DNA from: a virus
Reading direction: 5' to 3' (one strand)
Virus record (IMG/VR): IMGVR_UViG_3300048919_000265
DNA length: 64,000 nt
Shown one piece after another: positions 30,047-40,117 of the stretch (the first letter of the stretch is position 1; each line of letters opens with the position of its first letter). Both the position numbers and the translations under genes were made by a program. The notes beneath the pieces are model-generated. The model saw nothing but the letters and a program-made list of their open reading frames with translations. It made no database searches and was not told the DNA's origin.

Positions 30047-30370
30047 TTATACCTCAGAAACTCCACGACGTGCCACTTCAAGTCGCTTAACAAACTCAAA
30101 ATCATCGTCCCATCGCGGTCTCATATCAACCGACCCAAATCTAAACCCTTGATTCCTGATCAATCTCCAATGACCCACTAATTCATTATCCTTCATTGCA
30201 CAAATAGTAATCATCGTATGTGAATACTTGGGATGTATAGAAAGGGCTTCTTCTAAATCCTCCCCTTCATAGAGAGTTATTGATTCAACAGGAAACAAGT
30301 TCTCAGCAAAAGTCTCTACAGCGTGATATTTGACTTTTTCCATAACGAGCCCTCTTTCAATTAGCTTCAT
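30047..30370 (-). CDS. Hypothetical protein
   Basis: Tightly packed, co-oriented. Confidence 0.6.
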   Translation of the reverse strand: MKLIERGLVMEKVKYHAVETFAENLFPVESITLYEGEDLEEALSIHPKYSHTMITICAMKDNELVGHWRLIRNQGFRFGSVDMRPRWDDDFEFVKRLEVARRGVSEV

Positions 30371-30641
30371 TCCACAAATGCTTCACGTCTATGCCCATTC
30401 TATTATTCAAAACAACATGCTTTACTTTCTTATCCACAATAACTACGCTACAATTATTACTTAAATCAACAAACACATTACTGCCCTCAACACTAAGACA
30501 GAAATCAACCACTGCCTTGTAATCTATTAATTCCACGAACTCCAGCAAAACTATCTCGTCATCCTCAGGTATTTGTGCAAATTCGTCTCCCTGCCATAAC
30601 TTCCAATTTCCATCTTCAGACTTAAACAAACTGTATCTCAT
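30357..30641 (-). CDS. Hypothetical protein
   Basis: Tightly packed, co-oriented. Confidence 0.6.
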   Translation of the reverse strand: MRYSLFKSEDGNWKLWQGDEFAQIPEDDEIVLLEFVELIDYKAVVDFCLSVEGSNVFVDLSNNCSVVIVDKKVKHVVLNNRMGIDVKHLWNEAN

Positions 30642-30662
30642 GTTATCACTCCAAACTTCTAC

Positions 30663-31103
30663 TTACAGCAATCGCAACTCAACTACTTCCCATTCAGTCT
30701 CAACTACTTCATAATTAACTTCAAGCTTTTGTAAATATTTCTCCGCATAAGCCTGTTCAGATCCTTCCCTAACGAAAAGAAAGTCTCGTTCCTTCGAAAA
30801 TAGGTCATTCAACAATTGCCCTAATTCTTCTCTGGAATAAAAATTATCCTTTTCGTGTGCACAACCATTATCTAAATACTTAACCTTCTCTTCCCGCATA
30901 CTTACAATCTTTCGATAATGCAAGTAAACAGATTCCATCGTCGATTCTTCATTAACTTCTAAAATAAATCCGTTAAACTCACCTAACACAACAGGGTACT
31001 CTGAGTAAGTCCGATACTTGATCATAAGTTCAATAAAAGGTTTAACTCTCCCTGCTTCTGTAGATAGTAATGGACCAGAAATTCTATAAATCATCCTCAA
31101 CAC
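30663..31103 (-). CDS. Hypothetical protein
   Basis: Tightly packed, co-oriented. Confidence 0.65.
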   Translation of the reverse strand: MLRMIYRISGPLLSTEAGRVKPFIELMIKYRTYSEYPVVLGEFNGFILEVNEESTMESVYLHYRKIVSMREEKVKYLDNGCAHEKDNFYSREELGQLLNDLFSKERDFLFVREGSEQAYAEKYLQKLEVNYEVVETEWEVVELRLL

Positions 31104-31108
31104 CTACT

Positions 31109-31516
31109 TTACTTAACTTCAAACTTGACTTTAGTTCCGTCGGGCAAATCTTTCACCCTTTGTGCCACCCACGATCCTGCACCTCTATTATCCTTTGGTG
31201 AAATATATTTAACACTGGCTTCTTTTCCTCCCTCACTACACATGGCCATCGGCCATTCATCACGATCATACCCTTTCTTGATCGGCACATTTTGCAACGA
31301 GACTTTTCTGTGTTTCTCAGCGTTACGTCGGTCAAGAGTGCAAACATTACTTAAGCCTGCGTTTATAGCAGACTTAATATGTTGTGCTGTTTGAGGATAC
31401 TTATTGCTAGGAAAAGGTAAAACCACTTCTTCTGCTTTCTGATGATTAATAATACCTAATGTAATCAGACACCCAAACAACAATACAATTATTGTTCTTA
31501 ATCGTATCACTATCAT
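31109..31516 (-). CDS. nucB: NucA/NucB-family secreted deoxyribonuclease
   Basis: N-terminal TM; YPQTAQHI, GYDRDEWPMAMC.EGG, DNRGAGSW motifs. Confidence 0.9.
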   Translation of the reverse strand: MIVIRLRTIIVLLFGCLITLGIINHQKAEEVVLPFPSNKYPQTAQHIKSAINAGLSNVCTLDRRNAEKHRKVSLQNVPIKKGYDRDEWPMAMCSEGGKEASVKYISPKDNRGAGSWVAQRVKDLPDGTKVKFEVK

Positions 31517-31517
31517 A

Positions 31518-31889
31518 CTAATTCAGTCCAATGATTCTAAACGCAAACATTTTTCTATCCTTATTAGGATCGTTTTCTCCCAAAACCAAAGGTTTTACTG
31601 AAGTAACCTCAACAAATATCTCCCTTCCTGTATAACTTCCATTAGGGCCTACAAACTCGCGTAATCTAACCCAATCACCCGTTTTTAAATCCTTCATAGA
31701 AGTACCGCAATTTCTAATACCTTGCGATATTTCAGAAAAATCATCTTCAATAGCATTGATTTTGACAACCTTAATTTTATTAAGCAAAGTGTATGCACGT
31801 AAACTTTGCTTGGCCTCTTCCGACTCGATTACATAATTACTAGGTAATACCATTTCTGCATAATTAAAATTTAAACGCATCCTGATCAA
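31518..31889 (-). CDS. DUF3850/ASCH-like protein
   Basis: DLKTGDWVRLREF....YTGREIFVEVTSV. Confidence 0.7.
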   Translation of the reverse strand: MIRMRLNFNYAEMVLPSNYVIESEEAKQSLRAYTLLNKIKVVKINAIEDDFSEISQGIRNCGTSMKDLKTGDWVRLREFVGPNGSYTGREIFVEVTSVKPLVLGENDPNKDRKMFAFRIIGLN

Positions 31890-31922
31890 TCCTTCACTAT
31901 ATTATGATATGATTCCATATAC

Positions 31923-32123
31923 TTAAAGAGAATCTATAACAAACTTAACAACTGCCTCATACAAAATATTATGAGTTTGATCCCACAAACATCCGTCTTT
32001 GTACTCCAGATAAAGACGTTTTAAGTCACAATTTTATTCGGTGCACTCAATCCTCAAATCATAAATAACCAATTTAATTCCTACAAACAAAAGAGTTGTA
32101 ATAACCAAACAACTAACAATCAT
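31923..32123 (-). pseudogene. Membrane protein remnant with an internal stop
   Basis: 67 codons with one in-frame TAA; N-terminal TM resembles that of the upstream gene. Confidence 0.35.
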
Positions 32124-32124
32124 A

Positions 32125-32487
32125 CTAAGCATCCATATGACGCTTACGATTATGTGTATAACCTAAAACTAGTTCGTGCAAAGCAAAGAAATCTTCATCA
32201 GAAATAGACTCCTTAAAATACTTTGTGCTCAACCTAATCAAGTCTTCTTGTTCAAATTTGTCAATATCTCCAGATCGAGCCACGTTAAACAAAAGTTTAG
32301 TAATAATTCTCTTTTCATTCTGCGACAACTTCGTGTACTCCCTATAATTGCTAAATTTTTCAGCAATTCGGTATTCCAATAAAAAGAATCTCCACTTAAT
32401 TATACGTGAGGTAATCTTGATCCCCGTGTATATTATACTTGTTATTATCAAACTGATTATAAGTATATTCAATGACGGCAAACTCAT
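32125..32487 (-). CDS. Membrane-anchored hypothetical protein
   Basis: N-terminal TM. Confidence 0.6.
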   Translation of the reverse strand: MSLPSLNILIISLIITSIIYTGIKITSRIIKWRFFLLEYRIAEKFSNYREYTKLSQNEKRIITKLLFNVARSGDIDKFEQEDLIRLSTKYFKESISDEDFFALHELVLGYTHNRKRHMDA

Positions 32488-32834
32488 TTCCCTTTCTCCA
32501 CAATCAATTGCTCTTTATCATATACAGAAAGCTTGTAGTCTTTTGAAGTCAATAAATTTGTCAACTCTGACCAATCAGCAGCGAATGTAAATGCAATAGA
32601 CCAAAGCCAGTCCTGTTCATACAATACCCGCGGATCTTCTAAATCTATGATATCACCTTCACACTTAATTAAATGTTTGGAGACGAAAACCGGAGAAACT
32701 TCAAAAACTCTCCACAAAACTTCCTCTATATCATCGTTATATCTAGAAGTACAGAAAATTCTCGTCCCTTCTTCGAGGGACATAACGATATAATACTTAT
32801 TTTCTAAACTTATCCCATTCATATAATCTAACAC
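32484..32834 (-). CDS. Hypothetical protein
   Basis: Overlapping-stop packing. Confidence 0.55.
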   Translation of the reverse strand: MLDYMNGISLENKYYIVMSLEEGTRIFCTSRYNDDIEEVLWRVFEVSPVFVSKHLIKCEGDIIDLEDPRVLYEQDWLWSIAFTFAADWSELTNLLTSKDYKLSVYDKEQLIVEKGK

Positions 32835-33201
32835 CTTTCACTTTAAGATTCATTAAACACTCTTGCAAATACTCTTCGTCGTGCTCTGCGTACACCTTAC
32901 CTTCAAGTTTGGTAAACAATTCTAAATCAAAAATATGTAAGTCCCACGGGTCACTTCTATCTCCGCGAAACAAAGGATCAAGCCAACGATAATCTGTCCA
33001 AGCATGACCGCGTCTCTTTTTCTCCTTCATTACCTCTATATGATATCTAGATAACAAAGCAGGGTTGTGCAGGAACACATAATTAACTGTACTATGAGGC
33101 CTATTCCAACCTAACCCCCGCAAAGCACAGCATTCACGGTGTTGCCCATTAAGTTGCATTCCCGGTAAATGAGGTAATAAATCCTGATGCCACAGTCTCA
33201 T
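32797..33201 (-). CDS. TIGR02328 family / pyrimidine-dimer DNA glycosylase-like protein
   Basis: MRLWH..L...LP..QL.GQHRECCALRG.GW...HSTVNYVF signature. Confidence 0.85.
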   Translation of the reverse strand: MRLWHQDLLPHLPGMQLNGQHRECCALRGLGWNRPHSTVNYVFLHNPALLSRYHIEVMKEKKRRGHAWTDYRWLDPLFRGDRSDPWDLHIFDLELFTKLEGKVYAEHDEEYLQECLMNLKVKGVRLYEWDKFRK

Positions 33202-33222
33202 AGTACACGCCCCCCAAATTTA

Positions 33223-33582
33223 TCATTTCAAAACAGCAGCAAGTTTCTCTTTATCCACCTTAGATAAGCTTTCCCTCACACAATCAGATAGTAGTATGAA
33301 GTCAGAATCCGTTATAGTACCTTCAATATATGCTTTACATAAGTGCTTAATATTAACGGGTGCCACCCCGACCCTCTCGAAATAAAGCTCGACTCCTATT
33401 AACACCCGCTCTGCTATCCTTTTTTCTATTGTGGATAACTCAACAAAACTCCTATGTTTATCCATATCTAAGGCGAAAATATAATACCTTTTCGGGGAAT
33501 TTATGATAACTTCAGTTATGATTTTGCCTATTAACACAATAGCAGCGGCAAACGCCACACATATCAAAATCACAGTTGACAA
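33223..33582 (-). CDS. Membrane-anchored hypothetical protein
   Basis: N-terminal TM. Confidence 0.6.
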   Translation of the reverse strand: MSTVILICVAFAAAIVLIGKIITEVIINSPKRYYIFALDMDKHRSFVELSTIEKRIAERVLIGVELYFERVGVAPVNIKHLCKAYIEGTITDSDFILLSDCVRESLSKVDKEKLAAVLK

Positions 33583-33612
33583 GACATATCACCCTCAATC
33601 CGGATTAGTTGT

Positions 33613-34056
33613 CTAAATTCCTCGCATAAGCTGGGATACTCGACATTGCGACACCCCTAATGCGTTTCCATACTGTCTTTGCGTAAGACCTGGTCTCTCG
33701 AGCATTATCTGTTTTAATTTATTAATTAACTCTTCGGACCTAACGCTCTTTGAAGGCACGTCCGATTTGGTCTCTGTAAAAGCTGTTTCAAAACAATCAC
33801 CAGCTTTTATTTCTCCAATACATCTAGAACAGAGGAAACTGTCTTTAAAATAAGTTAAATTATCTAACGATTCACACATTTTGCAAGAAACACCAGTGTA
33901 TTTCCTTAAAACTAGCATATTTTTATCCATATCGATAAATATTTCCATAGCGTCCCCACCTTCGATATCCATCAAGGTTCTCATCTCTTTGGGGAGAACA
34001 ATTCTCCCCAAGTTATCCAATGCTCGTACTATTCCTGTACTTTTCAAAACACTCAC
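33613..34056 (-). CDS. abrB: AbrB-family transition-state regulator with Zn-ribbon and extra C-terminal HTH
   Basis: KSTGIVRALDNLGRIVLPKEMR; CKMC...CSRC; LTQRQYGNALGVSQCRVSQL. Confidence 0.85.
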   Translation of the reverse strand: MSVLKSTGIVRALDNLGRIVLPKEMRTLMDIEGGDAMEIFIDMDKNMLVLRKYTGVSCKMCESLDNLTYFKDSFLCSRCIGEIKAGDCFETAFTETKSDVPSKSVRSEELINKLKQIMLERPGLTQRQYGNALGVSQCRVSQLMRGI

Positions 34057-34146
34057 CCTTTGCTAATTAATTTCTAAAAATATTCCGACAGTCCGAAGTT
34101 GCTTATTCTGTTAACTAATCCATCATTCCTAGCAATACTTGACACC

Positions 34147-34542
34147 TTAGTTCATACTCCACCCTCTATTTAATTGCATCTCAAATCTATCTTCTTCCCT
34201 TGGTAAATATTCACTAAGATTTGTCCAATCCCAATCAAGATAATTAACAACAAACATTTTTATCACAGCAGCCATGGTTTCGTTATCATAAGATAACCCG
34301 AGTTCCTTCGTCAACAGATGGAATGCTCTTGGTTCAATACAGTGATCCCGCCAGCCATCACGAAGTGTTTCGTTTTCCCACGAGACTGTTTCAACTTTAC
34401 CATTAGGATGTAAGACAAATAAGTCATACCACTTCAGATAGTTTTCCACTGTAAGCATAGAAGTATATGCTCTTTGTGTTACCAATTCAATACCACGATC
34501 ACTAACTTTTACGTTAGGATTATTCGACCCTGCATTACTCAT
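34147..34542 (-). CDS. Hypothetical protein
   Basis: Co-oriented ORF. Confidence 0.65.
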   Translation of the reverse strand: MSNAGSNNPNVKVSDRGIELVTQRAYTSMLTVENYLKWYDLFVLHPNGKVETVSWENETLRDGWRDHCIEPRAFHLLTKELGLSYDNETMAAVIKMFVVNYLDWDWTNLSEYLPREEDRFEMQLNRGWSMN

Positions 34543-34554
34543 CTTTATCCCCCC

Positions 34555-34899
34555 TCATCCATACTCATTGATTTCGTAGCCAGCATCTCGCAACCAATCT
34601 GCAACCAAATGCCTGTGACAAAATTTATCTTTACCTTCCCAGCAAATGAAAGTTGCATCATCACCATACTTGTCGATCAGTACTTTAGCATCCAACTCAC
34701 GTAGTTGCTTTTTATAAAAATAGCGGTACTCTTCTTCACCTATTTTACCCTTTTTATAATCCCATAATAATTGTGAAGATGGCATCAACTCACCGCAAAC
34801 TTTACCATTAAAACCAGGAACCAAAGTTCTTGCTATGCACACTAGGTTCAGGCCGGGTGGCATAGTTTTTACCTTTGAAAAATAAGAAGTATGTAACAT
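34555..34899 (-). CDS. DUF488-family protein
   Basis: HTSYFS, LMPS..LL..YK, FICWE....CHRHLVADWL. Confidence 0.8.
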   Translation of the reverse strand: MLHTSYFSKVKTMPPGLNLVCIARTLVPGFNGKVCGELMPSSQLLWDYKKGKIGEEEYRYFYKKQLRELDAKVLIDKYGDDATFICWEGKDKFCHRHLVADWLRDAGYEINEYG

Positions 34900-34961
34900 G
34901 TTTCAACCGCCCTTATTTAACTTTAATTGTACAAATTTATATTGAATATTTACTCCAATAT

Positions 34962-35195
34962 TTACATCCATACGTCACCAGCTGTATTGTGAACCTTACA
35001 AGGAACTTCTTTGTAGCCTTTTTGAGAAACCAGGTATTCCTCAATCTGAGAAATACGCATTTCACTACCAAGCTTATCTATAGCCTCCTGCACATCCACA
35101 CCAAAATCAGATTCGGATTTGTCATCATGAGTAAATATTGTGTCCGTACCATTATATTCACAAGTTGACCAGTAAATAACCTTAAACAAATTCAT
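34962..35195 (-). CDS. Hypothetical protein
   Basis: GGAGG SD, co-oriented. Confidence 0.55.
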   Translation of the reverse strand: MNLFKVIYWSTCEYNGTDTIFTHDDKSESDFGVDVQEAIDKLGSEMRISQIEEYLVSQKGYKEVPCKVHNTAGDVWM

Positions 35196-35214
35196 TAAAT
35201 CCCTCCCTCTTTAT

Positions 35215-35673
35215 TTACTTGTTAAAGTTCCTGAAAAGTTCATCCACGGAAGTGTTCAAATAATTTGCCGCTAATTCCGCCCTTTCAGGATACCTAGGTT
35301 TAGCTCCCTCAAATAACCATCTAGTAATTGTTCTTTGGCTTACTCCAACAGCTACTGCTAAATCTTTAGTAGAACATTTACTAGCGATCATAGCATCATA
35401 TAAGTTCTGATTAGTGGGTACCCAACTTACTAATGTTCGTATTGTTATCCTATCAGGACATTTACCGTTCAAAAGCACTTTACTGCAATGAGGGCATAAA
35501 CCCTTCTTGATTCTTTTACTTTTCATAGTTTCCCTATCCCGTAATAAGATTCCTCTACACTGACCACATAAATAAGTAGTAGATGCAACTTTACACCTCG
35601 CACATAATCCTTGTTTTCTACGCGACCGTCTTAGTCTCCGCATAGATTCATCAGAAGTAGGCATCGCACCCAC
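35215..35673 (-). CDS. Cys-rich Zn-finger-like protein with a C-terminal XRE HTH
   Basis: CARC, CGQC, CPHC; KDLAVAVGVSQRTITRW. Confidence 0.7.
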   Translation of the reverse strand: MGAMPTSDESMRRLRRSRRKQGLCARCKVASTTYLCGQCRGILLRDRETMKSKRIKKGLCPHCSKVLLNGKCPDRITIRTLVSWVPTNQNLYDAMIASKCSTKDLAVAVGVSQRTITRWLFEGAKPRYPERAELAANYLNTSVDELFRNFNK

Positions 35674-35734
35674 ACTCCCCCCTAATTTAAACTAGTTGAC
35701 AATTAAACTGAACTACCCCACGACAAAATGTGTT

Positions 35735-35929
35735 CTATAACGGCCTCATTTTTAAACAATCTGGACAATTAAGAGCAACAGTGTCAGATTGTATTCTTAG
35801 ATAAGGATAAATATTATCCTTATCGCACAGAGCTACACGTTTTTGTGCCTTTTCTAGATCTACAAAATGAATTAATCTGCTAGCTTTACCATACCCATAG
35901 TCATTATATAACTTACCCACAACTGTCAC
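35735..35929 (-). CDS. Small hypothetical protein
   Basis: GTG start, CPDC motif. Confidence 0.45.
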   Translation of the reverse strand: MTVVGKLYNDYGYGKASRLIHFVDLEKAQKRVALCDKDNIYPYLRIQSDTVALNCPDCLKMRPL

Positions 35930-36131
35930 CCCATTTCACTGTTCTCATTTTTTATTCAGCTTAATATAGATTTAATGCCCGCAAATAAAAGGTTTTGAAC
36001 TGCCTCAAATCTTTTTCCAACTCATCACTAAAATTAATACTATAAGGACAAAAGCAATATAAATTCTCCAAGACATTGGAGAATTGTTAACAAACCAGTG
36101 GAAACTTCCAGTATATTGACCTTCAAATAAA

Positions 36132-36503
36132 CTATACATTAAGATCCTCCTGCGTATTCAAAATTTGCTCATTACTATAAATAGCAAAATATCCATCGTG
36201 AGGCTTATAACTTATTAGCTTATCATAAATAATCTTAGCAGTAGGTGGATCACACATAAATTTCCGGGTAACATCTATTCCAATATGCTCGGTAATATAA
36301 GGAGTTTCCAAGGTCGTTACTATTTCATCTGCCACCAATATGGTAACTTTAAACCCTTCGGAAACTAGTCTGTCAAATACTAATTTAGCATCAAATACAT
36401 CACCGGTAGTTGGATCAATCGTCACAAACCCGAGTTTATCCTTATAGACAAAGCAAATAGTTTCCATAATTTCCTCCTTCAGGTGGCTGGTTCCTCCAAC
36501 CAC
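36132..36503 (-). CDS. Hypothetical protein (start probably METICF)
   Basis: GGAGG upstream of the internal ATG. Confidence 0.6.
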   Translation of the reverse strand: MVGGTSHLKEEIMETICFVYKDKLGFVTIDPTTGDVFDAKLVFDRLVSEGFKVTILVADEIVTTLETPYITEHIGIDVTRKFMCDPPTAKIIYDKLISYKPHDGYFAIYSNEQILNTQEDLNV

Positions 36504-38365
36504 CGGGTGTAATCTGAATCTCCACTATAAGTTAATGCTAATATCTCCATGCTACGCGTCATACCAATATACACTAAGGAAGCCTCTCTATCCTTATCCA
36601 TGTCAATAGGGTACGGACATAATTCCATACTCATCATGAAAACTACTCTAAAATCTAACCCTTTACTACTATCTAGAGTTGATACCTTAACGCATTCCTC
36701 TGTTTCGTCGTAATCTCTTTTACTTTTAGCATCCTTAGTTAACCAGTAGAAAGGTATGTTATACCTCTTTAAGCAATTCAAAAGTGTCTCCACATAACCA
36801 TATCGCCTAAAGCTTTTAACCCTATACAAAATCGCAATGTCTGCATATCTAACCCTACTAGCGTCATGTAACTTACGTATACTACGCACAACCCAATCAA
36901 CTTCATCCTCCGTAGATTTAAATCTACGAGTAATCGGTTCCATCCCACGTCTCTTCGTGCCCCTTGGTGGAATAATTTCAATTGTATCTGAAAGGGTCTC
37001 TTTTATTTTGTCTTTGGAACTAGAATTAGCCATAAAGAATTTCCAAGAAAAATTTAATATTTGTTGCGTGTTCCTATAGTTCACACTAAGAACACGAGAA
37101 CGTCCTCTAAAATCTAATCCAGTATCCTTAGCGAGGCTATTTTTACGGCGGTAAATATCTTGAGCTTTATCCTCAACCAATAGTAGAGATTCCGTCATAG
37201 GATTTAAACAGGCTAAAGCCATTCGTACCCACTCGGGTTTAAAGTCCTGATACTCGTCAATTAATATAGAATCATAACGAGGTAAACTTCCTAGCTCCGC
37301 TAACTGACCATCCAACAAACTACTGATACGAGAGTCATTATGCAATCCCACACAATCACGCAACCATTCATGAAAAGTCATAACCACTACATTATCACGC
37401 AACTCGGAATTATCAGTAAATCGTATATCAATCATGCTTTTTAATCTTCTCGATAATGGAACCCCGTAACACAAAATGAGTATTCTCCAGGTAGGCTCTT
37501 TAACCGCTAAAACTTTTGCCCTGGCTGCTAAGATCAACGTCTTACCGCTCCCCGCAACACCTCTAATCAGTCGGTGTTTATCCCCTGTTTGCTTTGCTAA
37601 TAATTCTTGATATAGATCCATAGCCTTTACACTTTTCAAGCTAAGCAAAGTGTCTTCTTTATACTTGGCTTGTTTCTTTCCTAATCTTACTTCCGGAAAT
37701 AGCTGCCATCTAATACTATCGATATCATCAGAAGTTAACTCTGCATTAAAGGACCTACCAAGCATCGACCATAATTTCTCTAGAAAGTCATCTGCGCTGA
37801 AGTCATCGTCGTCTTGATCTATATCTTCTCTGCCTAAGATTAGGTTACTATCTATTACATCAACGATACCGGATTTTACCAATTGATACTCTTTCATTCT
37901 TGTGAAAACCGTAGCATACGCATAAGGAAACTTTAAATTCCCTGCATATTTGCCTTCCTGCTGCACAAGATCAGGATCTTTCTTAAGCTTGTTAACTATA
38001 GCAAAAGCATAGCCACGTGCCTGTAAAATCGGATTATCCACACTAGCTATTTTCCCCTCGCTAGTGTGTAACCTCCAAGTTTGCGGCGATAACTCGTACA
38101 ACGTCTTCTCTGTATAATCTTTTACTTCTAAAACGAGTATTCCACGATTAGGAGCTATCACTAAGTAATCAAGCCTCTTCCCTAAAACCTCTAACTCGTA
38201 ATACACAATGTAATCATCTGGTAGTACATCCCTAAGGGTTCTGAATAAGACTCTCTCACCAGCAGTGGCCTTACTGGGGATGCTATCAGGAATCATTAGT
38301 GCCATAGGTACACTTCCTAACTTAAATTTTCTATGAGGGAGCTGATAGATCAACTCCCCTAACAA
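36479..38365 (-). CDS. NERD nuclease domain + UvrD-like SF1 helicase (likely start 38305, MALMIPDS)
   Basis: ATAGER, LVLEVKD (NERD); GVAGSGKT, ILIDEYQDF, NYRNT, STLDSSKGLDF, YIGMTRS helicase motifs. Confidence 0.9.
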   Translation of the reverse strand: MLGELIYQLPHRKFKLGSVPMALMIPDSIPSKATAGERVLFRTLRDVLPDDYIVYYELEVLGKRLDYLVIAPNRGILVLEVKDYTEKTLYELSPQTWRLHTSEGKIASVDNPILQARGYAFAIVNKLKKDPDLVQQEGKYAGNLKFPYAYATVFTRMKEYQLVKSGIVDVIDSNLILGREDIDQDDDDFSADDFLEKLWSMLGRSFNAELTSDDIDSIRWQLFPEVRLGKKQAKYKEDTLLSLKSVKAMDLYQELLAKQTGDKHRLIRGVAGSGKTLILAARAKVLAVKEPTWRILILCYGVPLSRRLKSMIDIRFTDNSELRDNVVVMTFHEWLRDCVGLHNDSRISSLLDGQLAELGSLPRYDSILIDEYQDFKPEWVRMALACLNPMTESLLLVEDKAQDIYRRKNSLAKDTGLDFRGRSRVLSVNYRNTQQILNFSWKFFMANSSSKDKIKETLSDTIEIIPPRGTKRRGMEPITRRFKSTEDEVDWVVRSIRKLHDASRVRYADIAILYRVKSFRRYGYVETLLNCLKRYNIPFYWLTKDAKSKRDYDETEECVKVSTLDSSKGLDFRVVFMMSMELCPYPIDMDKDREASLVYIGMTRSMEILALTYSGDSDYTRWLEEPAT

Positions 38366-38373
38366 AATTTAAA

Positions 38374-38907
38374 TCAGCTAAATAGCACACCTTTACGGCG
38401 CAACTCCATTAGTTTATCTGTCTGGTTGGTTTTAATCAAATACCGTGGATGTAACTCTTCATAATTATCCGAGTCATCCATCATTATCCAGTAATCATCT
38501 TCTAGACACATAGACCTTGTTAGCTTATTTATTTGCCAGACATTGTAATGTTCTAATCCTAACATATTTAAGATCTCTTCTAGATTCTCCCTATCTTCCG
38601 GTACTATCCTGCCTCGTAACCAATTACTTATACGGTAATTACTAGGGATAACTGTAATATCTGGCACTACTTGGCCGGCTACTAGTGTGGCGGGGTAAAT
38701 CCCAATCGGGAAGGATAGAATTTGTAAGTCTTCTCTGATTCGTACAGGTTCATAATCAAAACTATTTAGACGCAAAGGACGTACAACCTTACCCTCTCTA
38801 ATATGCTGAGGAACCAGTTTCTCCTGCTTACGTATTAAATTTCCCACATATATATTCTTCCACATTAATTTATATTTTGTTTCTGACAACTTCATACCTC
38901 CCAGCAA
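38374..38907 (-). CDS. HipA N-terminal-like (HipS-like) protein, likely start 38895
   Basis: WLRGRIVPEDRENLEEILNMLGL...TRSMCLEDDYWI. Confidence 0.65.
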   Translation of the reverse strand: MLGGMKLSETKYKLMWKNIYVGNLIRKQEKLVPQHIREGKVVRPLRLNSFDYEPVRIREDLQILSFPIGIYPATLVAGQVVPDITVIPSNYRISNWLRGRIVPEDRENLEEILNMLGLEHYNVWQINKLTRSMCLEDDYWIMMDDSDNYEELHPRYLIKTNQTDKLMELRRKGVLFS

Positions 38908-39709
38908 ACATCTTTTTCATTAACTCTAGTCTACTCGGAGAAAACATAAATGAGTACTTATCAAACACTTGTAACGCCTCTTCTACATCAACGGATAAAT
39001 TCAATCCCAAACTGCCTACATCTTTAACTAGTTCTATAGCCTTACTTTGCTTATTTCGAAAGGGAAGAGCTTTTCCTCGTCTGATCAAATTCTCATCCCC
39101 ATAAGGCAACTCGCGCTCATCATATTGACCAAGCAATCCATAACCATGATCGAAAAAGGGAGCAAATCTATAGCTTCTACCAAAATTTGTTACTATACCA
39201 AAATTATTGAGATGTCTATCAGGGTTATCCAACAGATAATCTAATACAATCATCTGATCAAAATTCTCCACCAAATCCGGAAACTTCTCACAAAATATAG
39301 TGTACAAATCACTATTTTTATATACTGGTGCATCCTCGGCCAATTTAGCGAAAGGAACAAATTCTTCCCCTTCTCCGACGAGGAAAGATTTAGACACGCA
39401 AACAATCACGTCATCTTCGGCGTCTAATCTTTCCATAGGAATCACCGCCAGCTCATAGCTAGCGCAGTTAAATCCTAACAACCCACCCAACTCATACGCT
39501 ATTACTTCACACGTTGGTTGAATGTTGCTATAACTATTACCGATTTCTTTACCAGCTTTTATATAGTAAACAGATCCTTCTATATTTGCTGTAAATTTAC
39601 GCAACACACCTTTAGACGTACCGGACAACATTAAACTACGCAACAATTCCTCTTGCAGATGAGGAACTACTTCTTCGTCTCCAAACATATCCAATCTTCT
39701 CACCCGCAC
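38870..39709 (-). CDS. HipA/CtkA-like serine/threonine kinase (HipT-like)
   Basis: SKGVLRK, YYIKAG, CEVIAYEL, NPDRHLNNFG, FAPFFDHG. Confidence 0.85.
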   Translation of the reverse strand: MRVRRLDMFGDEEVVPHLQEELLRSLMLSGTSKGVLRKFTANIEGSVYYIKAGKEIGNSYSNIQPTCEVIAYELGGLLGFNCASYELAVIPMERLDAEDDVIVCVSKSFLVGEGEEFVPFAKLAEDAPVYKNSDLYTIFCEKFPDLVENFDQMIVLDYLLDNPDRHLNNFGIVTNFGRSYRFAPFFDHGYGLLGQYDERELPYGDENLIRRGKALPFRNKQSKAIELVKDVGSLGLNLSVDVEEALQVFDKYSFMFSPSRLELMKKMFAGRYEVVRNKI

Positions 39710-39772
39710 ACCGCCTTATTTATTCTTGGCACTCCATAGGTTATCGGAATCTCTTCCGATAACTTAGCAATG

Positions 39773-40117
39773 TCAATAATTTGCTAACCTCAGCACGCAT
39801 TCATCTTTAAATGGAAGATACAATTTACTTTCATCCAACTCCACGTTTGTAAAGCTTCCACCACTAAGATCATAGAGACTAATGTGACCGTCCGTATGAT
39901 AAAGAATCCATTCCCACGAATTGGCATTATCTGTATCCCGCGTAAACTTAAATATTTCCGGCCATACTTCATCAATCGAATTAGTAATAGTTCTTCCCAT
40001 GTCTAAGTCAAGCACATGTATAACTTTATTATTTTTATCTATAACAACACTAACGTGAGTCTTCACTCTTTCCCCGACTGCAACATTAACTCCTATCATA
40101 AGCACTCTCCCCTTCAT
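39773..40117 (-). CDS. Hypothetical protein
   Basis: Co-oriented, overlapping-stop packing. Confidence 0.6.
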   Translation of the reverse strand: MKGRVLMIGVNVAVGERVKTHVSVVIDKNNKVIHVLDLDMGRTITNSIDEVWPEIFKFTRDTDNANSWEWILYHTDGHISLYDLSGGSFTNVELDESKLYLPFKDECVLRLANY

